A program made the translations under genes and the position numbers. Source: Heptranchias perlo (Eukaryota). Taken from it: a stretch of 64,000 bases of DNA. Position 1 is the stretch's first letter; each line of letters starts with the position of its first letter. The notes below the pieces were generated by a model. The model was given only the letters and a program-made list of their open reading frames with translations. It did no database searches and was not told where the DNA came from. The DNA is taken from NCBI RefSeq assembly GCF_035084215.1, contig NC_090333.1, forward strand, positions 60,574,001 to 60,638,000, written 5' to 3'. This document shows, one piece after another, positions 25,590-38,697 of the stretch.

Positions 25590-25900
25590 CAGCAGACTTC
25601 AGTTGTGAGGGCATCACAGCTGATCCTGACCTGGTTCTCAGCTAATATTCATAAATGAGAACTTTTCAACAGAAGTCACTGGATAGCAATCGGGAGCTGG
25701 AACCCTGGCTGATTTTTCCCTCGCGATAGTAAACCATAGCATCCTGCTACTGCTGAGAGACCAGCTAACTCGGCACAAGACGGACCAGCTAACTCGGCAC
25801 AAGACGGACCAGCTAACTCGGCACAAGACGGACCAGCTAACTCGGCACAAGACGGACCAGCTAACTCAACATAGGTAGACCAGGCGTCAAAGCTGGCAGC
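25590..25900 (-). mobile_element. Old SINE (related to 37995-38290), containing a 24-bp tandem array
   Basis: gagttagctggtctctcagc...cagccagggttccagctcccgattgctatccagtgac shared with the + copy near 38030-38110. Confidence 0.55.
25761..25867. repeat. Perfect 24-bp tandem repeat, about 4.4 copies
   Basis: CCAGCTAACTCGGCACAAGACGGA repeated without spacers. Confidence 0.95.
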
Positions 25901-25914
25901 TTCCTGGTCTGCGC

Positions 25915-27243
25915 AGCTCAGGTATCTACTTTGGTAGGCAAGTACTGCAACATGTCCAGGCACCGGAAGCGTGATTTCAGCACCCCTACTGTCCTCTCCA
26001 CTACTTGGCGCGTGCACATATGTGCACGGTTGTACCTTTCCTGTACTGCACCATTGGTCCTGTGGTAGGATGTCATCAGCCAAGGCTTTAGCGGGTAGGC
26101 CTGGTCACCTAAGATCCATCCAGATCCTTGCCAGGCTCTGGTGAAGGCATCATATAAGTTTGAGTGCCAAAGGACAAAGGCATCATGAGCACTTACCCGG
26201 TGACCTGCACTGACATTCATGATCCGCAGTTGGGCATCGCAAAGGATCATCACATTTAATGACTGGTACCCTTTCCTGTTGATGTATGTCACAGGTGCAC
26301 AATAGGGTGCCTTCAATGGTACGTGGGTTCCGTCGACAGCCCCCCTTCACTTTGGGGAAGCCAGCGATCCTGTGGACTGCAATAGACCTCTCCCTTTGCC
26401 ACGCTGGGGACATGTCAAGGCTGATGAAGTCAGAAGCCCTGCGGAATATGATATCTGTGACCTGCTGAATGCAGACTCTCGCTGTGCTCTGGGTGATGTT
26501 GCACACATCACCGGTGTCTGACTGAAATGATCCACATGCATAAAATTTGAGGGCTGTAGTTACCTTCATGGCCACTGACAAGGCCCTGCGGAAGTTAGAA
26601 TGTGGCTGAAGGTCCTCTTTTAACATTTCAGAGGTGGTCGATTGCCTCCTTACTAAAGAGTAGCCCCCTCACACAGAGCGCCTCTGACATCATCATGAAA
26701 GACAGCCTCTCCCTGTAGACTCTCTGGGGTAGGTAATTGTTCCTCCTGGTGAACCTCCGGGCATGGTGGCCGACTCCTCGTTATTGTTTCCTGTGTCGGC
26801 CTTCCATGCTGTACCGTGCAGGATTGTTGATGTTACATAAATGTGAAAAAAATCTGACACCCTGGGTCTCACAGATACTTCTACAAAGAATCTCACAGCT
26901 AGAAAGCTCCCTCTGTCCGAGTTGAGGCTTATTTAAATATGCGCGGACCATAAATTGCGCCACGACAGGGTACATGAGTCACTTCAGACTTTCTGTGTTG
27001 AGTTTAGTTCGAATCTACCAGAAAATGCAGCAACTTCACGCCATTCAATGCATTTCCAGGGTGAGGCAGGCGGCGAGATGCCGTTTTCGCAAAGTTAAGG
27101 GCAGAGCAGAACAACTCAGACAGCAACTTTTGGATATTAGCGTTTAACCGCACACCTACTCCTCCCCTGAAGTTGCTGTACCATTTACGCATAGATAAGG
27201 GCAAGCGTCATTAGCCTTACTATCATTTTGACAGCATAATTTG
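25915..27243 (-). mobile_element. PIF/Harbinger DNA transposon, frameshifted DDE transposase (HARBI1-like)
   Basis: ALKFYACGSFQ, IAGFPKV / AVDGTHV, YINRKGYQSLNV, SAHDAFV, WILGDQAYPL, YNRAH...RQVVERTVGVLKSRFRCL; at least 2 frameshifts. Confidence 0.92.
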
Positions 27244-30012
27244 GTTTTAACTAGGAACCTATAACTTGCTAATACTTTGTTAAAGTAGTAACTTAAACGA
27301 GATAAATTAGTTTTAAAAAATAACTAAAAATAAACCAAATGAATTAATTACGTAATAACTTTAATAAAGTAAATAATTAAAACAAGGTTAGATAGAGATG
27401 GCAGTGCAGGTGGTGTGCCGTAACTGCAGCATGTGGGAGTTTGTGGAGAGCAGCATGATCCCAGGCAACCACATCTGCAGTAAGTGTCTGCAACTCGAGG
27501 AACTTCGGCTCAGAGTTGTTGAGCTGGAGTCCGAGTTGCAGACATTGCGATGCATCAGGGAGGGGGAGAGTTACCTGGACAATTCGACCCAGGAGGTAGT
27601 CACACCCCTTAGGTTAGGTAGTGGTTTAGCTTTGGTCAGTGATCAGGGACAGGAGGATGTGACTGCGAGTCAGGCAGGTAAGGAGACCCCAGATGCAGTG
27701 GTGGAGGAGCCTCAGCCTTTGCCCTTGCCCTATAGATGCAAAGTACTTGCTACCTGTGTGGATGAGAACAAAGACTGCAGGGAGGATGGGCAAATTGCCT
27801 GTGGCACCGTGGTACAGGAGGCCATTCAAGTGGGGGGAGCGAAAAGGAACGTGGTAGTGAATAGTCAGGGGTATACTGTTCTCCGCAGCCGCGACCGGGA
27901 GTCCCGAAGGCTGTGCTGCCTGCCTGGTACCATGGTTAATGACATCTCCTCGTGGTTGAAGAACTTGGAGCAGGAGGGGGAGGATCTAGATGTCATGGTC
28001 CATGTAGGAACCAATGACATAGGTAGAACTAGGAATGAGGTTCTGCTGAGGGAATTTGAGGAGCTAGAGTTCAAATTAAAAATCAGAACCTCAAAAGGTA
28101 ATAATCTCTGGATTACTATCTGAGCCACATGCAAATTGACATAGGGACAAACAGATTAGATGGTTAAATGCGTGGTTGAAAGAGTGGTGTGTGAAGCAGG
28201 GGTTTGAATTCATGAGGCAATGGCACCTGTACTGGGAAGGGGCTGCACTTAAACCAGGCTGGGACCAGTGTCCTGGCGAATCGAATAACTAGGGAGGTAA
28301 AAGGTGGGGGGGGCAGTGGGAGGGTTTGGGTAAGGGTAAATTTATAAATCTAAAGAGAAAGGTCAAGGCTGCAGAGCAGAGTAGCGATTTGGGTAAAAAC
28401 AAGCAGTGTGTGTCAGGAAGGGACAGTTTAACAATGGTAATATGGCATTACTGACTAAGGTCACATCAGGGAAAAATAGTAAAAAGTTAAAATTAAAGGC
28501 ACTGTATCTGAATGCACAAAGCATTCGTAACAAGATAGATGAATTAATGGCACAAATAGAGATAAATGGGTTTGATCTAGTAGTCAATACCGAGACACGG
28601 ATGCATGGTGACCAAAGTCGGGAACTAAATATTCCAGGGTATTTGACTTTTAGAAAAGATAGGCAAAATGGAAAATGGGGGAGGTGGTTGGCTAACCCTG
28701 ATAATAAAGGATGAGGTAAAGGCAGTGGTGAGAAAGGATCTTAGCTCAGGAAATCAGGATGTAGAATTAGTATGGGTGGAGCTAAGAAATAACATGGGGC
28801 AGAAAACACTGGTGGGAGTATTTATAGGCCCTCTAACAGTAGTTATAGTGTAGGACAGAGTATAAATCAGGAAATTAGAGGAGCAACTAACACAGGTAAT
28901 GTAATAATCGTGGGGGACTTTAATCTTCATATATACTGGGCAAACCAAATTGGCAAAAGTAGTTTGGAAGACGAGTTCATGGAACGCATTCGAGGCAGTT
29001 TTCTGGAATAATATGTCGAGGAATGAACTAGGGAACAGGCTAGTTTAGATCTAGTATTGTGCAATGAGACAGGGTTAATTATTAATCTTATAATAAATCC
29101 TCATAATATGACAGAATTTCATATTGAGCTTGAGAGTGATGTAGTTAAGTCCGAAACCAGGGTCTTAAATTTAAACAAAGCCAATTATGTAGCTATGAGG
29201 GGCAAACTGGCTAAGGTAAATTGGGAAATTAGATTAAAAAATGATGGTAGATAAGTAATGGTGAACATTTAAAGAAATAATTTATAATTCTCAATGAATA
29301 TACATTCCCTTGAGAAATAAAAACTCCATGGGAAAAGTGATTCAACCGTGGCTAATTAGAGAAGGTAAGGATAGTATTAGATTAAAAGTGGCTTACAATG
29401 TTGCCAAAAAGAGCAGTAAGACTGAGGATTGGAGGGTTTTAGAAATCAGCAAAGGATGACCAAGAAATTGATAAAGAGGGAGAAAACAGAATATGAGAAT
29501 AAACTAGTAAGAAATATAAACACAGATTGTAAGCGTTTCTACAAGTATGTAAAAAAAATAACAGAAGTGAACATGGGTCTTAGAGGCATAGGCAAGAGAA
29601 TTTATTTTGGGGAATAGGAAATGGCAGAGACATTAAACAAATATTTTGTATCTGTCTTCACAGTAGAAGACATACAGTGGCAAACCAAGGATCTAATGAG
29701 TGAGAAACTTAAAATAATTAATATTAGTAAAGAAAAAATACTGTAGAAATTAATGGGACTAAAAGCCAACAAAGCCCCTGGACCTGATGGTCTACATCAT
29801 AGGGTTTTAAAAGAGGTGGCTGCAGAGGTAGTGGATATGTTGGTTTTGATCTTCCAGAATTCCCTAGATTCCAGAACAGTTCCCGTGCATTGGAAGAGGC
29901 AAATGTAACCTCGTTATTCAAGAAAGCAGCGAGAAAGAAAACAGAGAACTGTAGGCCAGTTAGCCTGACATCAGTAGTAGGGAAAATCCTAGAATCTATT
30001 AAGGATGGAGTG

Positions 30013-33000
30013 AGAACATAAGAAATAGGAGCAGGAGTAGACCCTATCAGTCTACTCTCAATCATCAGCAAAGAACTGGAAGGTGTCATCAACAGTGCTA
30101 TCAAGCGGCACTTACTCACCAATAACCTGCTCACCGATGCTCAGTTTGGGTTCCGCCAGGACCACTCGGCTCCAGACCTCATTACAGCCTTGGTCCAAAC
30201 ATGGACAAAAGAGCTGAATTCCAGAGGTGAGGTGAGAGTGACTGCCCTTGACATCAAGGCAGCATTTGTGGCACCAAGGAGCCCTAGTAAAATTGAAGTC
30301 AATGGGAATCAGGGGGAAAACTCTCCAGTGACTGGAGTCATACCTAGCACAAAGGAAGATGGTAGTGGTTGTTGGAGGTCAATCCCAGGACATTGCTGCA
30401 GGAGTTCCTCAGGGCAGTGTCCGAGGCCCAACCATCTTCAGCTGCTTCATCAATGACCTTCCCTCCATCATAAGGTCAGAAATGGGGATGTTAGCTGAAG
30501 ATTGCACAGTGTTCCGTTCCATTCACAACTCCTCAGATAATGAAGCAGTCCGAGCCCGCATGCAGCAAGACCTGGACAACATCCAGGCTTGGGCTCATAA
30601 GTGGCAAGTAACATTCGCGCCAGACAAATGCCAGGCAATGACCATCTCCAACAAGAGAGAGTCTAACCACTTCCCCTTGATATTCAATGGCATTACCATT
30701 GCTGAATTCCCCACCTTCAACATCCTGGGGGTCACCATTGATCAGAAACTTAACTGGACCAGCCATATAAATATTGTGGCTACAAGAGCAGGTCAGAGGC
30801 TGGGTATTCTGCGGCGAGTGACTCATCTCCTGACTTCCCAGAGCTTTTCCACCATCTACAAGGCACAAGTCAGGAGTGTGCTGGGATACTCTCCACTTGC
30901 CCAGAAGAGTGCAGCTCCAACAACACTCAAGAAGCTCGACACCATCCAGGAAAAAGCAGCCTGCTTGATTGGCACCCCATCCACCACCCTAAACATTCAC
31001 TCCCTTCACCACCGGTGCACAGTGGCTGCAGTGTGTACCATCCACAGGATGCACTGCAGCAACTCGCCAAGGCTTCTTCGACAGCACCTCCCAAACCCGC
31101 GACCTCTACCACCTAGAAGGACAAGAGCAGCAGGTACATAGGAACAACACCACCTGCACGTTCCCCTCCAAGTCACACACCATCCCGACTTGGAAATATA
31201 TCGCCGTTCCTTCATCGTCACTGGGTCAAAATCCTGGAACTCCCTTCCTAACAGAACTGTGGGAGAACCTTCACCACATGGACTGCAGCGGTTCAAGAAG
31301 GCGGCTCACCACCACCTTCTCAAGGGCAATTAAGGATGGGCAATAAATGCCAGCCTCGCCAGCGACGCCCACATCCCATGAACGAATAAAAAAAATTACA
31401 GCCCCTCGAGCCTGCACCGCCATTCAATAAGATCATGGCTGATCTTCGACCTCAACTCTACTTTCCCGCCCAATCCCCATATCCCTTGATTCCCACAGTG
31501 TCCAAAAATCTATCGTTCTCAGTCTTGAATATACTCAATGATTGAGCATCCAAAGCACTCTGGGGTAGAGGATTCCAAATTTTCACAACCCTCTGAGTGA
31601 AGTAACTTCTCCTCATCCCAGTCCTAAATGTCCGACCCCTTATTCTGAGACTATGTCCCCTAGTTCTAGACTCTCCAGCCAGGGGAAACAGCCTCTCAGC
31701 ATCTACCATGTCAAGCCCTCTTAGAATCTTATATGTTTCAATAAGATCACCTCTCATTCTTCTAAACTCCAGAGAGTATAGGCCTATTCTACTCAATCTC
31801 TCCTCATAGGACAACCCTCTCATCCCAGGAATCAATCCAGTGAACCTTTGTTGCACTGCCTCTAAGGCAGGTATATCCTTTCTCAGCTAAGGAGACCAAA
31901 ACTGTACACAGTTCTCCAGGTGTTGTCTCACCAAAGCCCTGTACAATTACAGCAAGACTTCCTTACTCCTGTACTCCAACTCTCTTGCAATAAAGGCCAA
32001 CATACCATTTGCCTTCCTAATTGCTTGCTGTACCTGCATGCTAACTTCATGTGTTTCCTGTACAAGGACACCCAAATCTCTCTGAACACCAACATTTAAT
32101 AGTTTATCACCATTTAAAAAATATTCAATTTTTCCTACCAAAGTGAATAACCTCACATTTCCCCACATTATGCTCCATCTGCCATTTTATCGCCTACTCA
32201 CGTAACCTGTCCAGATCCCTTTGCAGCCTCTTTGTATCCTCCTCACAGCTTACTTTCCAACCTAGCTTTGTGTCGTCAGCAAACTTGGATATATTACAAA
32301 GGTACCTTCATGTAAGTCATTAATGTAGATAGAGGCTCAAGCTCCGATCCCTGCGGCACCCCACTAGTTATAACCTGCCAACCTGAAAATAACCCGTTTA
32401 TTCCTACTCTCTGTTTTCCGTCCGTTAACCAATCCTCAATCCATGCTAATATATTACACCCAATCCCATGAGCCTTAAACTTGTGTAACAACTCTTGTGT
32501 GTCATCTTATCGAATGCCTTTTGAAAATCCAAACATACTACATCTACTGGTTTCCCCCTTATCTATCCTGCTAGTTACACCCTCAAAAAACTCTAATAGA
32601 TTTGTCAAACATGATATCCCTTCATATGTGTTGACTCTGCCTAATCATATTATGATTTTCTAAGTGCCCTGTTACTATGTCCTTAACAATAGATTCTAGC
32701 ATTTTCCCTATGACTGATGTCAGGCTAACTGGCCTATAGTTCCCTGTTTTCTCTCTCGCTGCTTTCTTGAATAGCGAGGTTACATTTGCCTCTTCCAATC
32801 CACGGGGACTGCTCTAGAATCTAGGGAATTCTGGAAGATCAAAACCAATGTATCTACTATCTTTGCAGCCACCTCTTTTAAAACCCTAGGATGTAGGCCA
32901 TCAGGTCCATGGGAATTGTCAGCTTTTAGTCCCATTCATTTTTCTAATACTTTTTCATTATTAATCTTAATCACTTTAAGTTCCTCCCTCTCATTAGACC

Positions 33001-33442
33001 CTTGGTTCCACACTATTTCCAGTTTGTTTTTTGTGTCTTCTACTGTGAAGACAAATATAAAATATTTGTTTAACATCTCTGCCATTTCCTTATTCCCCAT
33101 TATAATTTCTCCTTTCTCTGCCTCTAAGGGACCCAGGTTTACTTTCGCTAATCTCTTCCTTTTTATATACTTGTAGAAGCTCTTACAATCTGTTTTTATA
33201 TTTCTTGCTAGTTTACTCTCATTCAATTTTCTCCCTCTTTATCAGTATCTTGGTCTTCCTTTGCTAATTTCTAAAACCCTCCCAATCCTCAGGCTTACTA
33301 TTTTTGGCAACATTGTAAGCCCCTTCTTTTAATCTAATACTATCCTTAACTTCTCTAGTTAGCCACGGTTGGACCACTTTTCTTGTGGAGCTTTTATTCC
33401 TCAAGGATATGTATGTTCATTGGGAATTATGAATTATTTCTT
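30013..33442 (-). mobile_element. CR1 family A inserted antisense in the above, itself interrupted at 30043-31395
   Basis: Tail tip gaacataagaaataggagcaggagtag at 30013-30040 continues tacagcccctcgagcc near 31397; ORF2 fragments 31458-33226. Confidence 0.9.
30043..31395 (+). mobile_element. CR1-group family B 3' 1.35 kb with A tail (innermost nest)
   Basis: ORF 30359-31141 GVPQGSVRGPTIF; ends aacgaataaaaaaaa. Confidence 0.93.
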
Positions 33443-35043
33443 TAGTAACAGGGCACTTAGAAAATCATAATATGATTAGGCAAAGTCAACACAGTTTTAT
33501 GGAAGGGAAATAGTGTTTGACAAATCTATTAGAGTTTTTTGAGGGTGTAACTAGCAGGATAGATAAAGGGGAACCACTGGATGTAGCATATTTGGATTTT
33601 CTAAAGGCATTCGATAAGGTGACACAAAAGAGGTTGTTACACAAGATTAGGGCTCATGTGATTGGGGGTAATGTATTAGCACGGTTTAAGGATTGGCTGA
33701 CGGACAGAAAACAGAAGGGTCATTTTCAGGTTGGCAGGTTGTAACTAGTGGAGTGCTGCAAGGATCGGTGCTTGGGCCTCAGCTGTTTACAATATATATC
33801 AACGACTTACATGAGGAGACCGAGTGTCATGTATCCAAGTTTGCTGATGGTACAAAGCTAGGTGGGAAAGTAAGCTGTGAGGAGGATACAAAGAGGCTGC
33901 AAAGAGATCTAGACAGTTTAAGTGAGTGGGCAATAAGGTGGCAGATGGAGCATAATGTGGGGAAATGTTAAATTTTCCACTTTGGTGGGAAGAATAGAAA
34001 AGCAGAATATTTCTTAAAAGATGAGAGACTAGAAATGTTGGTCTTCAGAGGGATTTGGGTGTCATTGTGCACAAATCACAGAAAGTTAACATGCAGGTAC
34101 AGCAAGCAAATGGTATATTAGCCTTTATTGCAAGGGGGTTGGAGTATTAGAGTAAGGGGGTCTTGCTGCAATTATACAGGGCTTTGGTGAGACCTACGCC
34201 TAGAGTACTGTGTGCAGTGTTGGTCTCCTTACCTAAGGAAGGACATACTCCCCTTAGAGGGGGTGCAAAGGTTCACTGGATTGATTCTTGGGATGAGAAG
34301 TTTGCCCTATGAGGAGAGATTGAGTAGAATGGAGCTATATTCTCTGGAGTTTAGAAGAAGAGGTGATCTCATTGTAATGAGTAAAATTCTTAGAGGGCTT
34401 GACAAGGTAGATGCTGAGTTGGTATTTCCCCTGGCTGGAGAGTCTAGAACTAGGGGTCATAGTCTCAAGATAAGGGGTCGGCCATTTAGGACTGAGATGA
34501 GGAAAAATTTCTTCACACAGAGGCTTGTGAATCTTTAGAATTCTCTAGCCCAGATTTTGTGTATATTCAAGACTGAGATCGATAGATTTTTGGACACTGA
34601 GGAAATCAGGAGGATATGGGGATAGGGCGGGAAAGTTGAGTTGAGGTCAAGGATCAGTCATGATCTGATTGAATGGCGGAGCAGGCTCTAGGGGGCAGGT
34701 GGCCTACTCCTGCTCCTATTTCTTACGTTCTGAAAATCTGGCCCAATAACTGAGCTAGTGGAGCAGGTGGATCCACACACCGCACGTTAACCTCTCTGTT
34801 CCCCCCGACAGGCCTGCTGACCGTTTCCAGCGTCTACTCGTTGTTGCTGTTTCGGATTTCCAGGCCTCTGCACTTTATTTTTGTGTTGCCTCTTGTCTAT
34901 CGACGTTAGATGAGAGCCGCCGGCAGCAGAGTGTCGGTCGGTCCATAAATTACACATCGACCCACCAACTATTTAAACATTTCATATGAAGGTGCGCGAG
35001 TATCAACGGTTCAAAACAAAAGCTGCAAGCACTGGTACATCAC

Positions 35044-35140
35044 CTTCCTCTCCTGGGCCGAGCCCGGCTCTACCCACCACCCCTGGACTGGACCGTCTAA
35101 ATCTCCAAGGTAAACAGCCAGGTCACGCCGCCAGCCCCAC
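35044..35140 (-). other. CLCC1: Putative non-coding first exon of CLCC1
   Basis: GC/CpG-rich segment just downstream of promoter motifs; candidate donor AAG|gtgatg at 35044; the 24304 acceptor requires an upstream exon; boundaries uncertain. Confidence 0.45.
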
Positions 35141-35205
35141 TGCTGATGCGTCACTTCCGGGGACAGATGCACATTGGGAGTTGTAGTCCCACTGCAGGCG
35201 CACGC
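35141..35205 (-). promoter_or_regulatory. TATA-less housekeeping promoter of CLCC1 (ZNF143/THAP11 motif + ETS-CRE composite)
   Basis: Minus strand GGGACTACAACTCCCAATGTGCA (35190-35168), then CCGGAAGTGACGCA (35160-35147), in a local CpG-rich patch. Confidence 0.75.
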
Positions 35206-35509
35206 CCAGCTGCTCCAACGCCGTCCTTCCACAAGCCTCACGGTTGACCAATTGAGCTTCCAGCCCCAGTTTTTGATGTTACACAGGCCACTAATGCAAA
35301 ATGTAGCCTAATGTACTGAAACTTAACCATAATATTTAAGAAATTGTCACCAAGCTAAAAACAAACGTGGATATTTCAATCCAGCATGTTTTTTTTCCAC
35401 CTCTTAGCAGATCTTTTGAGCAAAAAAGGGTTAACAGCACAGGTACAATTCTACACTTTCTAGCTTGTGCCTTAAACTGAAAATATGACTGACGATGATG
35501 CAGTAGATA

Positions 35510-35920
35510 ACAACTTGCATTTATATCGTGCCTTTAACATCCCAAGGCCCTTCCCAGCTAGGCGTAAAGAAATCAGTCACCCGGACAGAAAGGGGCAGAT
35601 TAGTGGGCTTGGTGAAGAAATGGGCTTTCAGGAGGTTTTTTTTTAAAAAAGAGTAGAGATTCAGGAAGTTGCAGAGATTAGGATAGAAGTGGCTGAAGGT
35701 AGTATCCGGGGATGGGGCAAAGGGAGGGGGGCAGGGATGTCCAGAAGGTTGGAGTTAGAGGAATACAACATTCTGGAAGGGATAAAGGAATGGAGCAGAT
35801 TGCAGAAATAGGTTGGGGCAAAGCCAAATAACGATTTAAAGACAAGGATGACATTTTGAATTTGTTGTGGAAACCAGTATGTCAGTGAGGATAGGACAGC
35901 AAAGACAACATTAGTGTGTA
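35510..35920 (-). mobile_element. L2 LINE 3' fragment
   Basis: Tail ttaaaggcacgatataaatgcaagttg; similar to 63490-63970. Confidence 0.6.
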
Positions 35921-36599
35921 TTTGAATCTAGATGTGACAAAAGCATGTAAAAGGTTTCTGTTGGTAGAGGTGGGCACTGTTTGTACTGCAAGTCTTGGTG
36001 ATGGAAAGGATGTGAGGTTTAAAGCTCAGCCCAGGATGACAAGTTGCAAATGGCCTGAGATGGTAGTCAGGGGAGGGGGAAGTGTGCGCTGTGCACAGCT
36101 TTGTTAATTTGTTTCGTATTCTAACTCTTTTTAAGACATTGACATTTTCCTAGTCTCCAGGTGGCCCACACTACACCATCTGCCAGAAAGTGACTGTGCC
36201 CTGACCTCAATTCATATGATTCCAGGACAGGGCATCAGGAGGCACAGAATTAAGGTCTAAGAGAATTCAGTTCTATGTTTTCACTTCTTTGTTTTAAAAA
36301 TACAAACTAAATAAATCAGCAAATGAATGTGTATGAGGGGCAAAGAGATGAGAGGAGACAGAGGGAAGCAGAGACTTACCAAAAAGAGCAGGGGAGAGTT
36401 ACGGACAGAGATGCATATGACAAGTGAATGAGAGCCACACAGAAAATGTGAAGAACAAAGATAGGATAGGAGACAAGCAGGCAGTTACAGGGAGAAAATG
36501 TATTATTTTTGTCTGCACAACACCATGGGAGATCAACTAACTGAAGCAAACTGAAATAGCCATCATCTTCCAATCTTGGTATGAAACAAATTTAAGTTC

Positions 36600-36622
36600 T
36601 TTATTAAATAAATGTTTTTATT
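36600..36622 (-). terminator. WDR47: WDR47 polyadenylation signals (two AATAAA)
   Basis: AATAAA at 36622-36617 and 36605-36600, at the end of a ~0.9-kb AU-rich 3'UTR. Confidence 0.7.
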
Positions 36623-37525
36623 GAGAAAACACTGCACAATCACACTTCGTAATTCTCATTACATTTTCAATCATTACAAGGGTTAGAAAAAAAACTACTA
36701 AATGAGGTGCATAGGGTATAATCCTCTGGTTCCTTGTAACCAAAACACAAATACATAAGTTAAATATTAATGAACCCAACATTTCAGTGTTTATATTAAA
36801 CTAAACTGTACAATAGAAAATATAATAAAGCATTACATATACAAACAGAAAAAAATATTTCACAAGTTATTTAAAAGTTTGTAAGTGCAGGAACACAAGC
36901 ATTCATTAGTTTCACGGGCCTGTTTGTGTAAATACTGTACTATTACCCATGCGCGCACACATACACACACAGTGGAAAGCCATGCTACTGGAAGTATAAA
37001 AGCAAAGCAGTTTTGTCCGAAATGTTCAGCATCAACCAACTGTTCCTCACCATGTCATGAAATCAACTGGCTAGCTTTAACACTTCCTACATCAGAACAA
37101 CAAATTCCTGTTTGGGCTGATTAAATATCAGTTCACTTTGACTTATTGTAAAATTAACATACACATCCAATAATTGGCTCTATAATACTCAGCCAGCTTT
37201 CTACATTAGTCACTGGCACAATGAACAAGGAATGCCATAAATACTAATTAAACAATTGCCTCACTTGATTCAGTCATTGTGTACATTTGGCGACAGAGCT
37301 CATCAGTGACAGCGTGATCACATGTGGAAGACTTAAGCACAGCATAATAATACAAACACAGACAGCAGTTCCATTTAGCTTGAACAGTACCACATGTTGA
37401 CCTTCGCTGTCTCATACTTTCTATTGGTCAATTACATGTGCAGTTATCAATCTGTGATTGCCAATAAAATTCAGCACTTGGGATTACAATTACAATTGTG
37501 CTTTATCTGCATTGGCATCAATTAG

Positions 37526-37843
<318 letters not shown>

Positions 37844-37994
37844 TTACATACATCCTTATTCCAAGTTTCATAGCCCATGCAAGTACAATGCATAATCAAT
37901 ATGGGAAGATAACTTGAAAATAAATTAAAATAATTTAAACCCAGAAATGAATTATTAGACTCCAATAATTTATTGGGCAAATGCACCACATAAT

Positions 37995-38290
37995 CCAGGA
38001 AGGTACTATGTCAGTTCCTAGTCGATTCTGTGTTAGCCAATGCCAGCCAGGGTAAGGATATTCCAGATAGTGTCAGCTAAGGTTCCTGTTCCCCATTATT
38101 ATCCAGTTACTCCCACTCGAACTGCACAAACATTAATGCTGAGCAAGTATGAGGGTTCAACTTGGCTGTTATGGCTCCCATAGTCAATAAGCTTGTTGAC
38201 ACCTACTGTCTGGGCTCACAAATCAAGATTGAAATACTGGATGTCCGCTGCCACCAGCCATGCAACTTTACCCAAGTAGCAGTCACTGAC
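37995..38290 (+). mobile_element. Old SINE, same family as 25590-25900
   Basis: tgtgttagccaatgccagccaggg...ggttcctgttccccattattatccagttac. Confidence 0.5.
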
Positions 38291-38397
38291 TTTAGGAGTA
38301 GAGGTGCGAGAGAGAAATTAAAGAAGTGAATAAAATTATAAAAACTTCACCAATGTTTCTAGCACAGTTTAGAATGAAAAGTAACACACCTTTATCA

Positions 38398-38697
<300 letters not shown>

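Larger units (their letters stand above)
27245..34730 (+). mobile_element. Near full-length CR1 family A (ORF1 27398-~28290; ORF2 EN-RT), interrupted at about 30013-33442
   Basis: ORF1 CxxC..CxxC + leucine zipper + SGNH esterase (CLPG, VHVGTND); ORF2 YLNAQSIRNK, ETRM, GDFN; RT resumes at 33444 (TNLLEFFE, YLDFLKAFDKV, FADGTKL); tail to 34730. Confidence 0.92.

Noticed and set aside
25761-25867. CRISPR-like 24-bp repeats
   Set aside because: No spacers, no cas genes, eukaryotic context
25918-26975. Functional domesticated HARBI1 gene
   Set aside because: Frameshifts and a truncated C-terminus, and it retains a transposon terminus
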